Source of the DNA: Longilinea arvoryzae
GTDB lineage: Bacteria; Chloroflexota; Anaerolineae; Anaerolineales; Anaerolineaceae
Assembly: GCF_001050235.1 (NCBI RefSeq)
Contig: NZ_DF967972.1
Location: forward strand, 806,171 to 870,170
DNA length: 64,000 nucleotides
Direction: 5' to 3'
Positions 8,376-17,844 of this stretch are shown here, piece after piece (the stretch's first letter is position 1; each line of letters opens with the position of its first letter). The position numbers and the translations under genes are program-made. The notes below the pieces were generated by a model. That model worked only from the letters and a program-made list of their open reading frames with translations, did not search any database and had not been told where the DNA came from.

Positions 8376-9209
8376 TTATCCTGTCTTCTTGGCCGTCACG
8401 TACCAGTTGTGGGGCATGTCCGGCATTTTCACCGGGATGACCGGCAGCGTCCAGCGGCCGTAGTGAGCGTCGGGCGCGCCGGGCTGCGTCATGGATGCCG
8501 TCCAGCCCAGCCCGGCCAGGAAGCCCTCCGGGTCGTCCAGCCCGCCCAGCCAGGGCGCGCCCTGGGCGGCCTGCATCTCGATCCAGGCGTGGGTGATGGG
8601 CGAGGTGAGCGTGGCGTGGTTGACGCAGTCGAAGCCCAGCCATGAGCCGGGCGCGGACAGTTTGTTGATATCGGTCAGCAGGTGGGTGATCGCCTCATCC
8701 GGCAGGTAGAACAGCAGGCCTTCCAGCAGCCACAGGGTGGGGCGTTCGGAATAGAAGCCCATGGTCTGGAGCGGCGCCTGCCAGGGTTTGCTCAGGTCGA
8801 CCCCGATGGCTTTGCGCTGGTGGGCCGGCTTTGCGCCGGCGGTATGCAGCGCCTGCTGCTTGTAGTGCAGGACAACCGGTTGATCCAGCTCGTAGATGCT
8901 GGTGCCCAGCGGCCACTCCAGGCGGTAGGCGCGCGTGTCCAGGCCGGCGGCGACGATCACCACCTGGCGGATGCCTTCTTCGCGCACCACGCGCTGCATG
9001 AAATCGTCGAAGTAGCGGGTGCGGATGACCATGGGGGTCACGCTGCCGCCGCGGGATTGCAGCCATTCGGCGCCTTCCGGACCGGCCAGGGCTTCGGCCC
9101 ACGGGTCGTGAAAGAGCGCGTCGGGGCGGGTGCTTTCCTGGGCGCGCGCGGCGGCGGTCCAGCGGGCGGTGAGACCCAGCGATAACTGCGGCTTGGTATT
9201 TTCCGGCAT
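8376..9209 (-). CDS. Class I SAM-dependent methyltransferase (TIGR00027/leucine-carboxyl-MT-like O-methyltransferase family)
   Basis: VIVAAGLDTRAYRL / LWLLEGLLFYL motifs typical of this methyltransferase family; paralogous to 11557-12426. Confidence 0.75.
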   Translation of the reverse strand: MPENTKPQLSLGLTARWTAAARAQESTRPDALFHDPWAEALAGPEGAEWLQSRGGSVTPMVIRTRYFDDFMQRVVREEGIRQVVIVAAGLDTRAYRLEWPLGTSIYELDQPVVLHYKQQALHTAGAKPAHQRKAIGVDLSKPWQAPLQTMGFYSERPTLWLLEGLLFYLPDEAITHLLTDINKLSAPGSWLGFDCVNHATLTSPITHAWIEMQAAQGAPWLGGLDDPEGFLAGLGWTASMTQPGAPDAHYGRWTLPVIPVKMPDMPHNWYVTAKKTG

Positions 9210-9419
9210 ATCGAACTCCGTTGTCGAAACGATCGGGAAACTGTATTCAGTATAAATCAAAATGGGGGAAGAAGGTGAAGAGTGATGGGTGAAGAGGGAA
9301 GAGGGAAGAGGTATGCGGGATGGGGGATTTGGAAAGAGGGTGAGGGGGGAAGCGGGAAGAAAACCATATACAATAGAAGATAGCGATCGTCCAAATACGA
9401 ACCATTTTCAAAGATAAAG

Positions 9420-9833
9420 ATGCCCAAAAATAAGATCGACCAACCTTTCAGCGCGCGCGAACGCGAGGTCATGGATTTCCTCCTGCAGGGGAAACCCAAC
9501 AAGGAAATCGCGCTCGGGTTGGGAATTACCGAGCGCACGGTGGAGTCGCACCTCAGCTCCATCTACGCCAAGTTGGGCGTTTCATCGCGCACCGAAGCGG
9601 TGATCCGCTTATCCGAAAGGTCACTGCGGGAATCCACAGGCGGATCTCCAGGAAATCCTCAATTGAAAACCGGCCTCCGGCGAGCTAGCCTGTCCTCAAA
9701 GGCCGTCCTTCCAGTGGACCGTTTCCGGAGGTTCAGAACGAAAAATTTTATTCGCATCTGCATTGTTCTTCTGCTTGCCATCCTGATCATCACCCTGGTG
9801 ATCGTCGCTTTTTCCTTGCTGCGGCAGGCCTGA
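9420..9833 (+). CDS. LuxR/GerE-family HTH transcriptional regulator with a C-terminal transmembrane anchor
   Basis: SAREREVMDFLLQGKPNKEIALGLGITERTVESHLSSIYAKLGV is a canonical LuxR-type HTH; the C-terminal ICIVLLLAILIITLVIVAF is a TM helix. Confidence 0.8.
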   Translation: MPKNKIDQPFSAREREVMDFLLQGKPNKEIALGLGITERTVESHLSSIYAKLGVSSRTEAVIRLSERSLRESTGGSPGNPQLKTGLRRASLSSKAVLPVDRFRRFRTKNFIRICIVLLLAILIITLVIVAFSLLRQA

Positions 9834-10041
9834 TCGTCTCTTTTTCAAGTCCGAAAATTTCTGGTCATTCCCAATCATCCTCGTTCCTGATGAACGTCGA
9901 TTTGCGGAAAATGACGCGAGCTGCCACTTTCCATTCAGGTGAATCATGTACCGGAAAAGGAGGTGAATTTCTGATTCCATTTCCATCCCAATCCAGAATG
10001 CTAATTTATACAAGCTAACCTTCCATAAGGAGAAAAATCCC

Positions 10042-10563
10042 ATGAAAAGCAAATTCCTCTTGCTCACGGTGTTGGCCATTGTGGTTTTCGTATCCGCAAC
10101 GCCAGTTCGAGCGGAAACCCTCATTCCTCCTTCCAGCAATCCAAATGCCCAGGTCGGCCGGGTCGAATCCTTTGAAAGGGTCACCTGGGATAAGGCATCG
10201 CTGATTGATGGATATTCAACGCTGGCGACGGGATGTAAGACCTATACGCTGGGGGTAAACGGGTATAGCGCGGTTGGTATAAATATTTGGAGCTATGCCT
10301 GGAATATCAAGTGGTGTTACAACGGCACATCCATCACTTCTCTGAGCAAATGGAGAACCGTATGGGCCAATTACGGCTGGAGTTTCAAGGGGGATATATC
10401 CGATGACCAATCCGGCGGAGTCAATCAGTCTTCCTACTGGCATTATGCTCAGGGAGATTTCTGCTTCATCGAAACCTACACCTGCATAACCCATTCCTAC
10501 CCCTGGGTGGACCAAACGGTTTATGGGAGCGGGAATTATTCAGGAAGCGCGGGAGGGAATTGA
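10042..10563 (+). CDS. Secreted Trp/Tyr/Cys-rich protein of unknown function (signal peptide; 4 Cys)
   Basis: N-terminal signal peptide (MKSKFLLLTVLAIVVFVSATPVRA); aromatic-rich mature domain with no recognised catalytic motifs. Confidence 0.6.
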   Translation: MKSKFLLLTVLAIVVFVSATPVRAETLIPPSSNPNAQVGRVESFERVTWDKASLIDGYSTLATGCKTYTLGVNGYSAVGINIWSYAWNIKWCYNGTSITSLSKWRTVWANYGWSFKGDISDDQSGGVNQSSYWHYAQGDFCFIETYTCITHSYPWVDQTVYGSGNYSGSAGGN

Positions 10564-10564
10564 T

Positions 10565-10726
10565 ATGCTGTACGCGTATCTGGCGCTCATTCCGCTGGCC
10601 GTTGGGGGCGTGGCCCTGTTTTTCAAAGGCCGGAAGACGTGGCATAAAATCACCGGGATGACCCTGTTTGCGCTGGCCATTCTGGCTTTGTTCCTGATCC
10701 CCACCATTTTCAGGCAAGCGGCCTGA
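10565..10726 (+). CDS. Small 2-TM membrane protein (about 53 aa), translationally coupled to the upstream secreted protein (TGATATG overlap)
   Basis: ATG 1 nt after the upstream stop; two hydrophobic helices (LALIPLAVGGVALFF, MTLFALAILALFLIP). Confidence 0.45.
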   Translation: MLYAYLALIPLAVGGVALFFKGRKTWHKITGMTLFALAILALFLIPTIFRQAA

Positions 10727-10806
10727 TCCAGGCGGCCTGGCAATGTAAAACGACGGGAAGAATTCGATTCTTCCCGTCGTTTGTTGATTCCGTGCGCTTT
10801 TCTTCT

Positions 10807-11556
10807 TCATTCCGTCCTACCATCAAAAAAGCGAGCCAGGTCGCGATTTTGGATGCGGCCCAGATCGCGGCGCAGCCGTCCGGCGGCGAACGGCCGGCCG
10901 TGGGCCGGATAGATGCGGCGCGCACCGGCGTCCAGCAGTTTTTGCCAGCTCCGGTAGGCCTGGTCCATGTCGGTCATGAACACGCAGCAGTGGCGCGTCC
11001 CGGCCCAGGTGAGAAAATTGGCGGCCGCGTCACCGCAGAAGGCTTCGCCGCTGTCGAGGACGACGGCCAGATGGTCGATGCAGTGTCCCGGGGTATAGAG
11101 CAGCGCTCCGGGCACGCCCAGCCGGCGCAGGAGCGCGTCGTCGTCGCCGCCCACGCGGAGGTCGCGTTCGCGCAGCGTAAAGGGCGGAAACGAAAGCGAC
11201 CAGCGCGGATCGAAGCGCGCCTTGAGGCCGGCCAGGAAGCGGATGCGCCGGTTGACGTAACCGCCGCCGCGCGAGCGGTCGTTGGCGCCGCCGCGCAGCA
11301 GGTCGCCGGCCAGCCGGTGGGCGATGAGGATCAGGTCGGCGTCGCGGGTCAGTTCGTTGAGGAAACCGGCGTGATCGTCGTGATGGTGGGTCAGCGCCAG
11401 GCAGCGCACCTGCTCGAGCGGGATGCCGGCCTTTGCCAGCCCGCGCCGGTAGGCGGGGTAGTCGTGCTGGTAGCCGGCGTCGATCTGCAGGAAGCCGCCG
11501 TCGCAGGGCAGCAGGTACACGTTGGTCAGGCTGAGGGGAATGCAAACGGGCTGCAT
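10807..11556 (-). CDS. MBL-fold metallo-hydrolase
   Basis: THHHDDH metal-binding motif and a downstream His/Asp pattern. Confidence 0.85.
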   Translation of the reverse strand: MQPVCIPLSLTNVYLLPCDGGFLQIDAGYQHDYPAYRRGLAKAGIPLEQVRCLALTHHHDDHAGFLNELTRDADLILIAHRLAGDLLRGGANDRSRGGGYVNRRIRFLAGLKARFDPRWSLSFPPFTLRERDLRVGGDDDALLRRLGVPGALLYTPGHCIDHLAVVLDSGEAFCGDAAANFLTWAGTRHCCVFMTDMDQAYRSWQKLLDAGARRIYPAHGRPFAAGRLRRDLGRIQNRDLARFFDGRTE

Positions 11557-12426
11557 TTACACCCTCCCCAGCAGGATGCCGTAACCGTTCACCACCGCCC
11601 GCCAGGCGTTGGGGCCGCGGAAATAAGCCGCCTTCAGGTCCGCCGCGTTGACGTCCCTGGCCGCGCGGAAGCCGCGCGCCAGCAGGAAGGCCTCGCCGGT
11701 GCCTTTGGGAATGCCGAAGGTCAGCCCTTCGCCGGTCATGAAGCGGTAGCGGCGCATGTTGCCGACTTCGCGCTGCCTCCCGGCCTCCTCCAGCGCCTCC
11801 CGGTAGAGGTAATCGAAGACGATGGCGCTGCCCGGGGCCGAATTCCGGACCACGAAATCCAAAGTCGCGTCCACCGCCGCGGGGGTCAGGTACATGCTCA
11901 CGCCCTGCCAGATGAACAGGCTGGTCCGGGCGGGGTCGAAACCGGCGGAAAGCAGTCGGTCGGCGAGGGACTGGGTGTTGAAATCGACCGCGACGTAGGT
12001 GACGTGGGCGGGGACGGAACCAAAAATCCGGCGCACTTTTTCCAGCTTGTCGGCCTGGGTGGCGGGATGATCCACCTCGAAGGTCTTTACCCGGCCGGAC
12101 AGGTCGAAGCGGTAGGCGCGTGAATCGAAACCCGCGCCCAGAATGACCAGTTGCTGAATGCCGGCCGCGATGAAGCCGCTCAGGACGTCGTCGATGTAGC
12201 GCTCGCGCGCCGCCAGGAATCCGTTCACGCCCGGCCCGCGCAGTTCGGCGTAACCGCTGCGGATGAAAAAGCCGAGCACGTGGTACATCCAGGCCGGCAC
12301 GAATTGCCTGGCGTAGGGGTCATAACAGATGCGCGCCGGCGCGGGTTTGCTGCTTTCGACGGCGCGGGCAATGGCAATACCCATGGCCGTCACGCTGGTT
12401 TGGTTTTTTCGCATGGCGTTCCTCAA
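11557..12426 (-). CDS. Class I SAM-dependent methyltransferase (same family as 8376-9209)
   Basis: LVILGAGFDSRAYR / LFIWQGVSMYL motifs; abuts the MBL hydrolase gene with no gap. Confidence 0.75.
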   Translation of the reverse strand: MRNAMRKNQTSVTAMGIAIARAVESSKPAPARICYDPYARQFVPAWMYHVLGFFIRSGYAELRGPGVNGFLAARERYIDDVLSGFIAAGIQQLVILGAGFDSRAYRFDLSGRVKTFEVDHPATQADKLEKVRRIFGSVPAHVTYVAVDFNTQSLADRLLSAGFDPARTSLFIWQGVSMYLTPAAVDATLDFVVRNSAPGSAIVFDYLYREALEEAGRQREVGNMRRYRFMTGEGLTFGIPKGTGEAFLLARGFRAARDVNAADLKAAYFRGPNAWRAVVNGYGILLGRV

Positions 12427-12435
12427 AATAGGAGA

Positions 12436-14949
12436 TCAGTCGTGCGCGTGCAGCCGGTTGCTGACTGCCTTGCCCACCTCGACCGAGACCAGCAGGATCA
12501 GGCTGATGCCGATCACCAGCCCCCACTCCTGCAGGCTGAGGGGCACGATTCCCAGCAGCGTACGCAGGCCCGGGAAGAGAAAGGCGATCGCGATGGTGAC
12601 GAAGCCCAGCAGAACGGCCCACATGAGGGGTTTGTTGGTGCTCAGGGGGTTCATGCGGTAGAGCGGCTGGCGCATGCTGCGGTAGGCGAAGATGTAAACG
12701 ATCGAGTTGATGGCGAAGCTGGCGAACACGATGCTGCGGCCTTCGATGGGGTTGTTGTGAATGTGGTAGAAGTGGCCGAACAGGTACAGCGCGAAGACCG
12801 AACTGGTGATGCTGATCACCCCGATCAGGATGGTCGAGAGGCGGGTCAGGATGGGTGCGTTCAGGGCGCGCGGCTTCTCGTCCATGATGCCCGCCTCCCT
12901 GGACTCGAAGCTGAGCACGATATCCAGCGGGCCGTCGCAGATCAGGTGGATCCACAGAATCTGGGCCACCGCCAGGGGCGCCGGCCACTGCAGCATCATG
13001 GCTGTGAAGATGGTCAGCACCTCGGCAAACGAGTTGGACAGGGTGTAAGCAACCACCTTGCGAATGTTGGAGAAGATGACGCGGCCCTCCTCGATGGCGG
13101 CCACGATGGTGCTGAAATTGCTGTCCAGCAGGATCAGGTCGGCGGTCTCCTTGGCCACATCCGTGGCGCTGCCCACCACCACGCCGATGTTGGCGCGCTT
13201 GAGGGCCGGGGCGTCGTTGACGCCGTCGCCGATCATGGCGGTCACCTCGCCGTTGGCCTGCAGGGCCTGGATGATGCGCAGTTTGTCCTGCGGGCGGATG
13301 CGCGAGAACACGGCCGTCTTCTCGACCTGATCGCGGAACTCCGCGTCGCTCAGCGCGGCCACCTGGGCGCCTTCGAGGGTCTCGTCGCCGGGGTGGATCA
13401 GGCCGGTGTTGGCGGCGATGCGTTCAGCGGTGCGGCGGTAGTCGCCGGTGATCATCCTGACGCGGATGCCGGCGTGTTCGGCCACCTGGATGGCGTTCAC
13501 CACGCCGGCGCGGATGGGATCTTCCATGCCGAGCAAACCCAGCCAGGTATAACCGCTGTAATCCTCCAGGATGCCGTCTGTGCGGCAGGCCAGGCCCAGC
13601 AGGCGCAGCCCCTGACCGGCCCATTCGTCGGCCTGAGCCAGGATTTTTTCGCGCTCCGGGTCGGAACCGGCGCACATGCCCAGGACGATCTCGGGCGCGC
13701 CTTTCAGGAAGAAGACGTGCTGCCCGTGAAAGAGAGTGCTGGTCACGTCGGTGATCATATACTTGGTCTCGCTGGTGAACAGCTCTTCGCCCAGGCGCTG
13801 GGTGCTGTCGTATAAATTCTGCGGCCCGCCGTGGTTCAATTTCTCGGCGTACTCCCACAGGGCGATATCCACCGGCCCTTCCAGGTCGTTGCACAGCACC
13901 ATGGTCTGCCAGGCGCGCTCCTCATCCAGCAGGTCGGCGCGGTTGACGCGCATGCGGCCCTCGGTGAGCGTGCCGGTCTTGTCGGTGCAGATGGCCGTCA
14001 CCGAGCCCAGCGTTTCGACGGCCAGCAGGCGCTTGACCAGGCCGTTGCGCTTGAGGATCTTGCGCATGCCCAGTACCAGGATGACCGTGACGGCGATCAG
14101 CAGCCCTTCGGGCACGGCCGCGATGGCCAGGATGATGGAGGTGCGCAGCATCTCGAAGAATTTGTGCCCCAGCATCAGGCCGACCACCAGGATGACCAGC
14201 GTGGCGCCGACGACGATGTAGGTGAGGATCTTGCTGAAGGACTTGAGGCGCGCCTGCAGCGGCGTATCCTCCTCGGCGTGCTCGCTCAGGCTGGCCGCGA
14301 TCTGGCCCAGTTCGGTTTTGATCCCGGTCCGGGTGATGCGCAGGACGCCGCGCCCGGTGACCACGGTGGTGCCCATGAAAACCCGGCTCTGCGGCGCGTT
14401 AGCGGAATCGGCCTGTTCATCCGGTCGGAGGGCCTGCTTGTTGACCGGCTCGCTTTCGCCGGTCAGGATGGCCTCATCGATCGAAATCTTGGTGGATTCG
14501 ATCAGCTCGCCGTCGCCGGGGGCCTTTTCGCCGGCATTCAGCACCACCAGGTCGCCGGGCACCAACTCCCAAACCTCAACCTCCACGCGCTGGCCGCCGC
14601 GGATGACGGTGGTGGTGGGCTTGAGCAGGCCTTTCAGGGCCACGTAGGTACGCTGGGCCTGGTATTCCTGGATGAAACCCATGATCACGTCCACCACCAC
14701 CACGAACAGGATGATGGCGAAGTCGCCGATCTCGCCCAGGAGCAGCGAAATCCCGGCCGCGGTCAGGATGATGTAGACCAGCGGGCTCTTGACCTGGTTG
14801 AGCAGGATCGTCCAGACCGAAACGCCTTTTTCGGCGGGCAGTCGGTTTTCGCCGAACTGCCGGCGGCGTTCCAGAACTTCGGCGGCAGGTAAACCACTGA
14901 GAGGGGCATTTTTTAAGGATGTTTCAGCATCCCGGGGCAGTGCATCCAT
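12436..14949 (-). CDS. P-type cation-transporting ATPase (type II, Ca2+/Mg2+-like; about 838 aa)
   Basis: DKTGTLT phosphorylation motif, TGES, MITGD, GDGVNDAPAL and 10-TM topology; start taken at the internal ATG (MDALPRD) rather than the Arg/Pro-rich upstream extension. Confidence 0.9.
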   Translation of the reverse strand: MDALPRDAETSLKNAPLSGLPAAEVLERRRQFGENRLPAEKGVSVWTILLNQVKSPLVYIILTAAGISLLLGEIGDFAIILFVVVVDVIMGFIQEYQAQRTYVALKGLLKPTTTVIRGGQRVEVEVWELVPGDLVVLNAGEKAPGDGELIESTKISIDEAILTGESEPVNKQALRPDEQADSANAPQSRVFMGTTVVTGRGVLRITRTGIKTELGQIAASLSEHAEEDTPLQARLKSFSKILTYIVVGATLVILVVGLMLGHKFFEMLRTSIILAIAAVPEGLLIAVTVILVLGMRKILKRNGLVKRLLAVETLGSVTAICTDKTGTLTEGRMRVNRADLLDEERAWQTMVLCNDLEGPVDIALWEYAEKLNHGGPQNLYDSTQRLGEELFTSETKYMITDVTSTLFHGQHVFFLKGAPEIVLGMCAGSDPEREKILAQADEWAGQGLRLLGLACRTDGILEDYSGYTWLGLLGMEDPIRAGVVNAIQVAEHAGIRVRMITGDYRRTAERIAANTGLIHPGDETLEGAQVAALSDAEFRDQVEKTAVFSRIRPQDKLRIIQALQANGEVTAMIGDGVNDAPALKRANIGVVVGSATDVAKETADLILLDSNFSTIVAAIEEGRVIFSNIRKVVAYTLSNSFAEVLTIFTAMMLQWPAPLAVAQILWIHLICDGPLDIVLSFESREAGIMDEKPRALNAPILTRLSTILIGVISITSSVFALYLFGHFYHIHNNPIEGRSIVFASFAINSIVYIFAYRSMRQPLYRMNPLSTNKPLMWAVLLGFVTIAIAFLFPGLRTLLGIVPLSLQEWGLVIGISLILLVSVEVGKAVSNRLHAHD

Positions 14950-15014
14950 TTTGTTCCTCGACTTGGATGAGAATCCGGCCGAACGAAGCCGTCCGGCCGG
15001 CGGGCGGGGACGAT

Positions 15015-15314
15015 CTATTTTTCTTTTACATGGTTGATGCCCTGCTGGAACAGGGCGATGATGTGGGGGTCGACGACGGAATAATAGACTTCCTTGCCAT
15101 CCCGCCGGGCGTGGACCAGGTGCATCTGGCGCAGTCCGCGCAGGTGATGCGAGACGGCCGATTCGGTCACGCCGACCCATTCGGCGAGCTGCGTGACGTT
15201 CATCTCGCGGTCGATGATGGCGGAGAGGATGCGCACGCGGCTGGTGTCGCTGAAGGCACGGAAGAGTTCGGCTACGTGCGCGGCCAGGTGTTCATTCAAG
15301 ACGGGAGAGGTCAT
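15015..15314 (-). CDS. ArsR/SmtB-family metalloregulatory transcriptional repressor
   Basis: Winged-helix ArsR signature (RVRILSAI....NVTQLAEWVGVTESAVSHHLRGLRQMHLV); encoded directly upstream of the P-type ATPase in the same orientation. Confidence 0.85.
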   Translation of the reverse strand: MTSPVLNEHLAAHVAELFRAFSDTSRVRILSAIIDREMNVTQLAEWVGVTESAVSHHLRGLRQMHLVHARRDGKEVYYSVVDPHIIALFQQGINHVKEK

Positions 15315-15623
15315 GGTTCAGCCTATAGATGCAACAATTGAGTATATGTTCAGATGTTATTAGTGAATAGTATAGATCGTTTTGGCGTTGAGTCAATCGG
15401 TACCGAGGTGAAAAATCCAAAATGACTGGTAGCAACGGCGTTATTCATTCGACCGCGCATAGAATGGTATTGACGGCGTAAGTCCTTGTATGACCGACGT
15501 CATTCCATCGCAGGCGAGACCTATGGACAGGGCAAGGCCGTTCCTTTGGGGGAGGACATCCATCCCGGCCCCGTTATAATGATTCTCATCCCCATTTAAT
15601 AATGATACCCTGGAGTAATTTGC

Positions 15624-16568
15624 ATGCCTCCTATTCTGGAAGTCCAGCAATTGGTCAAAAAATACGGCGAGAAGACCGCCGTGAACGGCATTAATTTCGA
15701 GATCCAGGAGGCGGAAATCTTCAGCCTGCTGGGACCCAACGGCGCGGGCAAGACCACGACCATTTCCGTGCTGTCGACCCTGTACGCGCCCACTTCCGGC
15801 GACGCATTGATCGGCGGGCATTCGGTGGTGCGCGAGCCGATGGCGGTGCGCAAGCTGATCGGCATTGTGCCGCAGGACCTGGCGCTTTACGAGGACCTGA
15901 CCGCGCGCGAGAATCTCTCCTTCTGGGGGCAGATGTACGATCTGAGCGGCAAGGCGTTGAACGCGCGCATCGATCAGGTGCTGGACCAGATTGGGCTGCG
16001 CGAGCACGCCAACCAGCGCGTGCGCACCTTCTCCGGCGGCATGAAGCGCCGCGTCAACATCGGCGTGGGGCTGTTGCACCAACCCCGCCTGCTGTTCATG
16101 GACGAACCCACCGTGGGCATCGACCCGCAGTCGCGCCGCGCCATTCTCGATTCGGTCAAGGACCTCAATCGCCAGGGGATGACCGTGCTGTACACCACTC
16201 ATTATATGGAGGAAGCCCAGGAGTTATCCGACCGGGTCGGCATCATCGACCACGGCGATTTGATCGCCCTGGGCACGCAGGGCGAACTGACCCGCCAGGT
16301 GGGCGAATACGAATCGCTGCAACTCCACCTGAGCGAAATGGACGACGCCGATGGGCTGGCCAAATCGCTGCGCAGCCTGGAGGGCGTGGTGCGGGCGGAT
16401 GTGATCGATCACAGCATCACGCTGATCACGCCAGACGCCGAACGGATCCTGGCGTCGGCGGTAAGCCGCGCCAACGAGCGCAACATCAAGATTCGTTCGA
16501 TTTCCATCCAGGAACCCAACCTCGAGGCGGTTTTTCTGCACCTGACCGGGCGCGCTCTGCGCGATTAA
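15624..16568 (+). CDS. ABC transporter ATP-binding protein (ABC-2 exporter type)
   Basis: Walker A (GPNGAGKTT), signature (FSGGMKRR), Walker B (LLFMDEPTVGID). Confidence 0.9.
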   Translation: MPPILEVQQLVKKYGEKTAVNGINFEIQEAEIFSLLGPNGAGKTTTISVLSTLYAPTSGDALIGGHSVVREPMAVRKLIGIVPQDLALYEDLTARENLSFWGQMYDLSGKALNARIDQVLDQIGLREHANQRVRTFSGGMKRRVNIGVGLLHQPRLLFMDEPTVGIDPQSRRAILDSVKDLNRQGMTVLYTTHYMEEAQELSDRVGIIDHGDLIALGTQGELTRQVGEYESLQLHLSEMDDADGLAKSLRSLEGVVRADVIDHSITLITPDAERILASAVSRANERNIKIRSISIQEPNLEAVFLHLTGRALRD

Positions 16569-16577
16569 GGAGCCGCC

Positions 16578-17834
16578 GTGAAAAAAATCTTCCTCATCGC
16601 CTGGAAAGACCTGACCCTGAACTTTCGCGACCGGGCGGCCATCATCCTGATGCTGCTGGCGCCGTTTGTGCTGACGCTGGGACTGGGCCTGGTCACCGGC
16701 GGCTTCTCCACATCCAGCAGCTCGAGCGGCATCAGCGCCGTTCCGCTGGCGGTGGTCAATCAGGATGAAGGCGAACTGGGCGGCGAACTGGTCAACGTGT
16801 TCCAATCCGAAGACCTGGCCGACCTGCTGCAGCCCGAAGTATCCTCCGACCCGGCCGCCGCGCGGGCGCGTGTGGACGCAGATGAGATTGCCGCCGCCGT
16901 GGTGATCCCGGCCGGTTTCAGCGCCGGCGTCATTCCCGACCCCGTTACCGGCCAGACCGGCCCGGCCGTGGCCATCGAAATCTATGCCAATCCCACCCGT
17001 CCCAACAGTTCGGGTATCGTCGAATCGATCGTCGAGCAGTTCGTCAACCAGGTCGAAATCGGCCGGGTCGGCGCGCAGGTGGCTGTGAGCGGCCTGATCC
17101 AGACCGGGCGCATCCAACCGCAAGACGCGGCTGTCGCCGGCGCTCAAATTGGCTCCAGCCAGGCCCAAAACGCGGCTTCCAGCCAACGCATCACCTTGAA
17201 GGGGGTGCAGGCGAGCAGCTCCGCGCCGGATTTCAATGTCCTGGCCTACATGGCGCCGGGCATGGCGCTGATGTTTCTCATGTACACGGTAAGCCACGGC
17301 GGGCGCACCCTGCTGGTCGAGAAGACTCACGGCACGCTGCCGCGCCTGCTGGTGGCGCCGGTGAATACCGGTCAGGTGCTGCTGGGCAAAATGTTCGGCA
17401 TCTTCCTGACCGGCGTGGCCCAGATGCTCATCCTCATCATTACCTGCTCGCTGCTCTTCCAGCTCAAATGGGGTGACCCATTGGCGGTGTTGATTCTGGT
17501 GCTGGCTTGCGTGGCCGGCGCGGTGGGCTGGGGCATGCTCATCACCGCCCTGGTGAAATCGCCCGGCCAGGCGGCCAGTTTTGGCTCGGCGGTGATGCTG
17601 ATCTTCGGCATCCTGGGCGGCAGTTTCTTCGATGTCAGCCAACTGCCGGGCTGGTTCCGCGCTTTCAGCCGCATCACGCCCAATGCCTGGGGGCTGGACG
17701 GCTTTACCGCCCTGGCGATGGGCGACGGTCTGGTCAAAATCCTCCCGGATATCGGCGGGCTGCTGGTTATGGGGTTGGTGTTGTTTGGCATTTCATTATT
17801 CTTGTTCAAGCGCCGCGGCGTGCTCCAGGGTTGA
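16578..17834 (+). CDS. ABC-2 family transporter permease
   Basis: Polytopic membrane protein following the ABC ATPase; ABC-2 permease-like topology (N-terminal TM, large extracytoplasmic loop, C-terminal TM bundle). Confidence 0.75.
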   Translation: MKKIFLIAWKDLTLNFRDRAAIILMLLAPFVLTLGLGLVTGGFSTSSSSSGISAVPLAVVNQDEGELGGELVNVFQSEDLADLLQPEVSSDPAAARARVDADEIAAAVVIPAGFSAGVIPDPVTGQTGPAVAIEIYANPTRPNSSGIVESIVEQFVNQVEIGRVGAQVAVSGLIQTGRIQPQDAAVAGAQIGSSQAQNAASSQRITLKGVQASSSAPDFNVLAYMAPGMALMFLMYTVSHGGRTLLVEKTHGTLPRLLVAPVNTGQVLLGKMFGIFLTGVAQMLILIITCSLLFQLKWGDPLAVLILVLACVAGAVGWGMLITALVKSPGQAASFGSAVMLIFGILGGSFFDVSQLPGWFRAFSRITPNAWGLDGFTALAMGDGLVKILPDIGGLLVMGLVLFGISLFLFKRRGVLQG

Positions 17835-17844
17835 GGAGAATCGG

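Noticed and set aside
10140-10165. tRNA T-loop-like string gggtcgaatcc
   Set aside because: It lies inside the coding region of the secreted protein and has no flanking acceptor, D or anticodon stem complementarity.
10792-14892. Large ORFs antisense to the MBL hydrolase, methyltransferase and P-type ATPase (10792-12123, 12151-13815, 13831-14892)
   Set aside because: Typical GC-rich shadow ORFs with no motifs. The minus-strand genes have unambiguous catalytic signatures (HHHDDH, DKTGTLT).
15315-15400. Candidate ArsR/SmtB operator (ATATGTTCA-N11-TGAATAGTAT) in the ArsR leader
   Set aside because: It matches only about 7 of 10 positions between the half-sites and has an atypically long spacer. 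It is too weak to call as a feature, though it is an AT-rich divergent promoter region.
16224-17642. 472-aa minus-strand ORF overlapping the ABC-2 permease genes
   Set aside because: Shadow ORF opposite well-supported transporter genes; Arg/Gly/Ala-rich.
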